A DNA stretch of 64,000 nucleotides, from NCBI GenBank assembly GCA_963840035.1, contig CAWIXE010000001.1:332503-396502 (forward strand), read 5' to 3'. The DNA comes from a candidate division FCPU426 bacterium. Lineage in GTDB: Bacteria; Oederibacteriota; PGYV01; Palsa-1178. The notes under the pieces were generated by a model, which searched no databases, had not been told where the DNA came from, and was given only the letters and a program-made list of their open reading frames with translations. A program made the translations under genes and the position numbers. This document shows, one piece after another, positions 57,405 to 64,000 of the stretch (position 1 is the first letter of the stretch; each line of letters starts with the position of its first letter).

Positions 57405-58085
57405 TCATACGCAGAGTTCTTTTAAGCGCTCAAGGTCTGTTATGACAAGTTTCCTGTTTTTGGCCTGAAGAAGGCCGTCGTCTTCCATTAATTTAAGAGT
57501 CCTGGTCGTGGTCTCGCGCGTTAAACCGGCTAAGTCCGCTATCTCCTGATGGGTAAATTTCGTGCTTTTTATATCATCCGCCAGGTCAAGCATGACGCTT
57601 GCTATCCTGGCCCTGGCATCGCCTAAAGCAAGGTTTTTAATGTCCCTGTCCGCCTTGGCAAGCCTCTCAGAGAGTGTCTTGATGATTTGCATGGGTATGG
57701 ATGGTTCCTGCTTGATAAGCGTCTCAAAATCTTCCTTTGAGATGCTCACCGTTATGACATCCTCAATGGCTTCCACGGTGGCCGACCTTACGTCTTTTGT
57801 GAGTATGGCCATCTCGCCGAAGCTGTCGTTTTCCCGCAGGATTGCGAGTGTCTTTGTCTTTCCGTCCTTATTATATTTTGTTATTTTAACTTTTCCCTTT
57901 TTTATAAGGTGCAGCGTTTCGCCGCTATCGCCTTCTGAAAAAACAATATCGCCCTTCCTGAACTTATTTTCCCGCGACTGCCTTGCGATAAGCGCCAGCC
58001 CTTTTGTCGATATCTCTTTGAAAAGCCTTGTTCCCTTTAAAAACGGGATAATGTCTTTAATGGCCATAAAGCTCCTTAACAACAA
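57405..58085 (-). CDS. Crp/Fnr-family transcriptional regulator
   Basis: N-terminal cNMP-binding domain (FGEMAIL...RSATV) plus C-terminal HTH (HQEIADLAGLTRETTTRTLK). Confidence 0.75.
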   Translation of the reverse strand: MLLRSFMAIKDIIPFLKGTRLFKEISTKGLALIARQSRENKFRKGDIVFSEGDSGETLHLIKKGKVKITKYNKDGKTKTLAILRENDSFGEMAILTKDVRSATVEAIEDVITVSISKEDFETLIKQEPSIPMQIIKTLSERLAKADRDIKNLALGDARARIASVMLDLADDIKSTKFTHQEIADLAGLTRETTTRTLKLMEDDGLLQAKNRKLVITDLERLKELCV

Positions 58086-58138
58086 ATTTTCAATTTTCTA
58101 TTTTAAATTTTCTATTAAAATCAATCAGCTTCAAAGCA

Positions 58139-61009
<2,871 letters not shown>

Positions 61010-61028
<19 letters not shown>

Positions 61029-61291
61029 ATGATTTCCGTGACGGTTTCTTTCCTGAAATAATTGTTAATTTTCTTCATTAATGCCCGTTTTTTATATGTT
61101 ATTTCACTCATTATAACACTATTCTCAGCGTAAATAAATAGTTTCTTTTTATCGTATTTAAAAGGCTTTGTGCCTTTTGCCAGCATGCCAGCGACCGCGT
61201 CCCATTTATCAAATATTACCCCGCCGGCGTCCTCCTTGCCTATCTCGTTTTTCTTAAGGAAACCTTCCAACAGATTTTTAATATGGTCCAT
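61010..61291 (-). CDS. DUF721 (DciA-like) protein
   Basis: FDKWDAVAGMLAKGTKPFKYDKKKLFIYAENSVIMSEITYKKRALMKKINNYF resembles the DUF721 core. Confidence 0.5.
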
Positions 61292-62681
61292 TTAAGCCTT
61301 TTGCGTCGACAAAAAACGGCGTATCAAAGTACAGGTTCCCTGAAAGCGTGACAAGGGGGTATAAAAAAGCCCCGTTATTCGGCAGGACACAGTTAAATGT
61401 GCCTTCCAGTTTCAGTGAAAAGAACTTCACAGGATAGTATTCAAGGCCGATTCCGCCCTGCGCCGCCAGGCATGGCTGGTTGTTCTTTTTTGTGGTCCCG
61501 TCGCTGAACTTGAACTCTTCCGACAATATTGCAAGCCCGAGCCCTATTTTTCCATATGGTATCAGGAACGCATTTTTTTTATATCCAAAATACCCGTAGC
61601 CGCAAAAAAGCAGGTCATATATGCTTACCGAGTGCCTGTATGTGTCTCCTTCTGTCTTGGAAAGCCATACTCCGCCAAGGTCAAGGCCGAAAAGGAAGGC
61701 CCCGGTTATACTGCATGTGAAAGTGCCGTTAACACTCAAACCCAGTGCGGCGTCTTTCTGCACACGCGGCGGCGTCAGCGGCATGACGGCGTTAAACGCG
61801 CCGCCGACGCTGACCCTGGATGGCTCTTCGTCCGGCCTTTTTAAATTCAGGTAAATCTTAACCAGCGATATGAACGCGTCCGTGGGTTCCCACAGCTTGA
61901 AAGGCCCCTTGGAATACGGTTCAAAGACCACCTTACCGGCTTTTTCGTTATTCTTTTTGTCAAAGATGAATTCATTTATTCCTTTTACTTCCGAGTATCC
62001 CCAGTAATTTTCTTTGGCATCAACATCCCAGGCCGAGTAATTTGTCAGGTTTACCTGGTTTTTGAAAAAATTATTGTTTTTTATAAGCATCTGGGCTTTT
62101 GGTATGTCCTTTAAATATACCGCGAACCTTCCGTTATTAAATGTATTTTGCTCTATGGTAAATTTCATCTCTTTTCCTTCGGCATAAACCCCGTAAGTGT
62201 CGTTATAAAAATAATTATCCTTGATAAGGGCGTTTGAAAAATGAAACAGTTCTATGCCGGTGGAATTAAGGATGTAGTTATTTGTTATTATTATGTTGCT
62301 GCCTTCACAGGATATGGCGCCTCTGATCATTATTGTAAACTCAATGGTGTTTTTGTAGCGGCTCTCGAACCTTATGCCGTCATAGAAACTCTCGCCGTCA
62401 AAAGGAAGCATTCGGACCGGATTTTTCGGATCGCCCTTGGAATAAAGCGCGCCCTTTACCAGAATTTTTGAGTCTTTTTTGAATTTTACCACAGTTCCGG
62501 GATAAATTTTCAGGAAACCTTTTTTATCAATGGTTAAGGTTCCGTCTACAATATACGGGGAATTTTTAGGGGTCCAGTTTTCCGTCTTATCTATGAGGGA
62601 AGGGGCATTCGTTTCGCCATACGCGCTGCCGCATATTAAAATTATGGCCAGGCTAAAAACTATCGCCTTGAAATTTTTCAA
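61278..62681 (-). CDS. Secreted or outer-membrane protein with right-handed beta-helix repeats and a C-terminal barrel-like region
   Basis: Signal peptide. Repeated N-x-x-N/D-rich rungs (NNYILNSTGIELFHFSNALIKDNYFYNDTYGVYAEG...). The C-terminal Gly/aromatic-rich segment ends in F/Y. Confidence 0.45.
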   Translation of the reverse strand: MKNFKAIVFSLAIILICGSAYGETNAPSLIDKTENWTPKNSPYIVDGTLTIDKKGFLKIYPGTVVKFKKDSKILVKGALYSKGDPKNPVRMLPFDGESFYDGIRFESRYKNTIEFTIMIRGAISCEGSNIIITNNYILNSTGIELFHFSNALIKDNYFYNDTYGVYAEGKEMKFTIEQNTFNNGRFAVYLKDIPKAQMLIKNNNFFKNQVNLTNYSAWDVDAKENYWGYSEVKGINEFIFDKKNNEKAGKVVFEPYSKGPFKLWEPTDAFISLVKIYLNLKRPDEEPSRVSVGGAFNAVMPLTPPRVQKDAALGLSVNGTFTCSITGAFLFGLDLGGVWLSKTEGDTYRHSVSIYDLLFCGYGYFGYKKNAFLIPYGKIGLGLAILSEEFKFSDGTTKKNNQPCLAAQGGIGLEYYPVKFFSLKLEGTFNCVLPNNGAFLYPLVTLSGNLYFDTPFFVDAKGLNGPY

Positions 62682-62695
62682 AACTTCACCCCTGT

Positions 62696-64000
62696 TTATC
62701 CGACGCCTTTGTCATCTTCCAGGTCAGGCAGCGGAGGAAGTTCGTCCGGAAGCTTTAAATCCTCTTTTTTCGCGGCCGGAGGCGCGGCTGGTTTGCCCAT
62801 AAGTTCCGGAGGCACTACCGTCCCCTTGCCTGGCAGCTCAACTTTTTTTGAATTCATTGACATGGCGTCAAAATTTAAAAGGTCATTTACCGTGGGAAGC
62901 TTTTCATCCGGTTTCGCTGCCGGGGCGGCCATTGGTGTGTCCATGGCATTTCTCTGAATTTTAAAGCCTCCCTGCTCGGGCTGCCGGGGAGTTGCTTCAG
63001 CGGCCTGTGGAAGCGGCTTAATTGCCGCGTCCGGCTGTGAAAGACCCGATGGCTTCGGCCCCTCGGGCGGCTTTATCGCGGCCGGTTTTCCGGTATCAGC
63101 GGAAGATTTCGGAAGCGATATGACAAATGTCTTTCCTTTTCCTATTTCAGATTCTATTGTTATTTCGCCGCCCATGTTATTTACAATGGCTTTTATTATG
63201 GGGAACCTTAAACCGCTGTTTACAAACTCAGGGCCTGCTCCGGATTCCGGCCCGTGGAAATTAACGAAAAGGACGCCCGCTTTTGACTGCGGCATGGACA
63301 TCCCGAAATCACTCACCCTTATTATTACGTTTTTGCCGTCTTCCTTTGTCTCCACCAGCACCTGTCCGCCCCTCGGCGATACCTTAATGGCCTGGTTTAA
63401 AAGCTGGCTTGTAACGCTGGATAACCTGCCGGAATCCCCGAACGCCGTGGGCAGTGTCGGCGAAAAATTCACTTTCATATCGACTTTTTTAATATCAGCC
63501 TGGGGCTGTATCGCGAATATGACATCCTGTATCACGGTGTTGATCTCAAGCGGCTGCCTGCCGAGTTTTATCTCCCCTTTTTCAAGCCTTGCCAGCTCCG
63601 TTAAGTCATTGATCAGCCTTTCCAGCCTTGCCGATTTATTTATGACAACCCCGAGAAACTGCTGCTGCGCGTCGGTTATCTTTCCTTCGCCGCCGAGCAC
63701 AGAGGAAATATATGTTTTAATGACGGATAAAACTCCCTTTAATTCGGTATTCATCATGAGGACCGAGTCCATCCTCATATTTTCCTTTTCAACAGGCACT
63801 TTTGATTCCTGGGCTTTTTTGAGTTCCTGTTTTTCCTTATCAAGGGCTTTTTCAGCGGCCGATAATTTCGCCGCCCAATCCGCCTTTTCAGACTCAAGTT
63901 TTTGCTCCGCTTCCTTTTTAACCTTCGGGACCTCGGATTTTAATTTTGCTATCTCATCCTCAAGTGCTGCCTTGCCGTTCTCTGCGATCTTAATGGCGTC
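62696..64000 (-). CDS. Histidine-kinase-like protein with degenerate catalytic motifs (5' end beyond the window)
   Basis: DHp/HATPase-like layout (LINDLTELARLEKGEIKL...GDSGRLSSVTSQLLNQAIKVSP...VSDFGMSMP). The H-box reads VVINKSARL with no His. The frame is open to the window edge, with a coiled-coil N-terminal part. Confidence 0.5.
   Translation of the reverse strand, partial: DAIKIAENGKAALEDEIAKLKSEVPKVKKEAEQKLESEKADWAAKLSAAEKALDKEKQELKKAQESKVPVEKENMRMDSVLMMNTELKGVLSVIKTYISSVLGGEGKITDAQQQFLGVVINKSARLERLINDLTELARLEKGEIKLGRQPLEINTVIQDVIFAIQPQADIKKVDMKVNFSPTLPTAFGDSGRLSSVTSQLLNQAIKVSPRGGQVLVETKEDGKNVIIRVSDFGMSMPQSKAGVLFVNFHGPESGAGPEFVNSGLRFPIIKAIVNNMGGEITIESEIGKGKTFVISLPKSSADTGKPAAIKPPEGPKPSGLSQPDAAIKPLPQAAEATPRQPEQGGFKIQRNAMDTPMAAPAAKPDEKLPTVNDLLNFDAMSMNSKKVELPGKGTVVPPELMGKPAAPPAAKKEDLKLPDELPPLPDLEDDKGVG

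Overview
The window is a roughly 64 kb piece of a Gram-negative-type bacterial chromosome with moderate GC content and many Lys/Glu-rich proteins. It has a housekeeping backbone. This includes rpsU, a YqeY-family gene, mpg, nif3, yaiI, dnaG and rpoD on the minus strand. It also includes nadD and proA; hemW and lepB; recR, ybaB and dnaX; and gyrB with DUF370 and DUF721. A U32 peptidase, hsp20 and DUF1844 are also present. Four kinds of accessory content interrupt this backbone. (1) An AT-rich island at about 6.9-13.15 kb holds two orphan RHS C-terminal toxin tips, each followed by a small membrane protein that is a likely immunity gene. The island also holds an IS3-family OrfA/OrfB element with a directly readable A9 -1 frameshift site, and an IS481-like DDE transposase whose 3' end runs into the IS3. 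A UvrD-like helicase stub is cut off at the IS edge. (2) A minus-strand envelope and glycosylation block at 16.2-25 kb carries two GT-C membrane glycosyltransferases. It also carries a secreted Kelch-like propeller with Thr/Pro-rich linkers, a GT4, a methyltransferase, a heptosyltransferase and a DtxR regulator. A REP-associated tyrosine transposase (RAYT) flanked by inverted REP pairs sits inside this block. (3) A plus-strand cluster at 39.9-45.5 kb resembles the mycobacterial pgsA1-patA-pimA operon, with myo-inositol-1-phosphate synthase and a PHP phosphoesterase added. This predicts synthesis of acylated phosphatidylinositol-mannoside-like glycolipids. The PHP protein is a candidate phosphatidylinositol-phosphate phosphatase. 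(4) Several structured intergenic repeat families are present. One is a set of GTAG-headed REP/BIME elements, including a tandem array of about 10.5 copies at 46.25-47.33 kb. A second is a roughly 100 bp CT-rich palindromic repeat, tandem 7 times at 38.1-38.8 kb. A third is a 112 bp double-stem palindromic element in four copies. A fourth is a roughly 200 bp MITE-like element with terminal inverted repeats in three copies. Other notable sites are a perfect sigma-54 promoter upstream of hsp20 and an A9/TGA candidate frameshift site inside dnaX. I found no tRNA, rRNA or CRISPR locus. All calls come from reading the sequence and the ORF track. No database search was possible.
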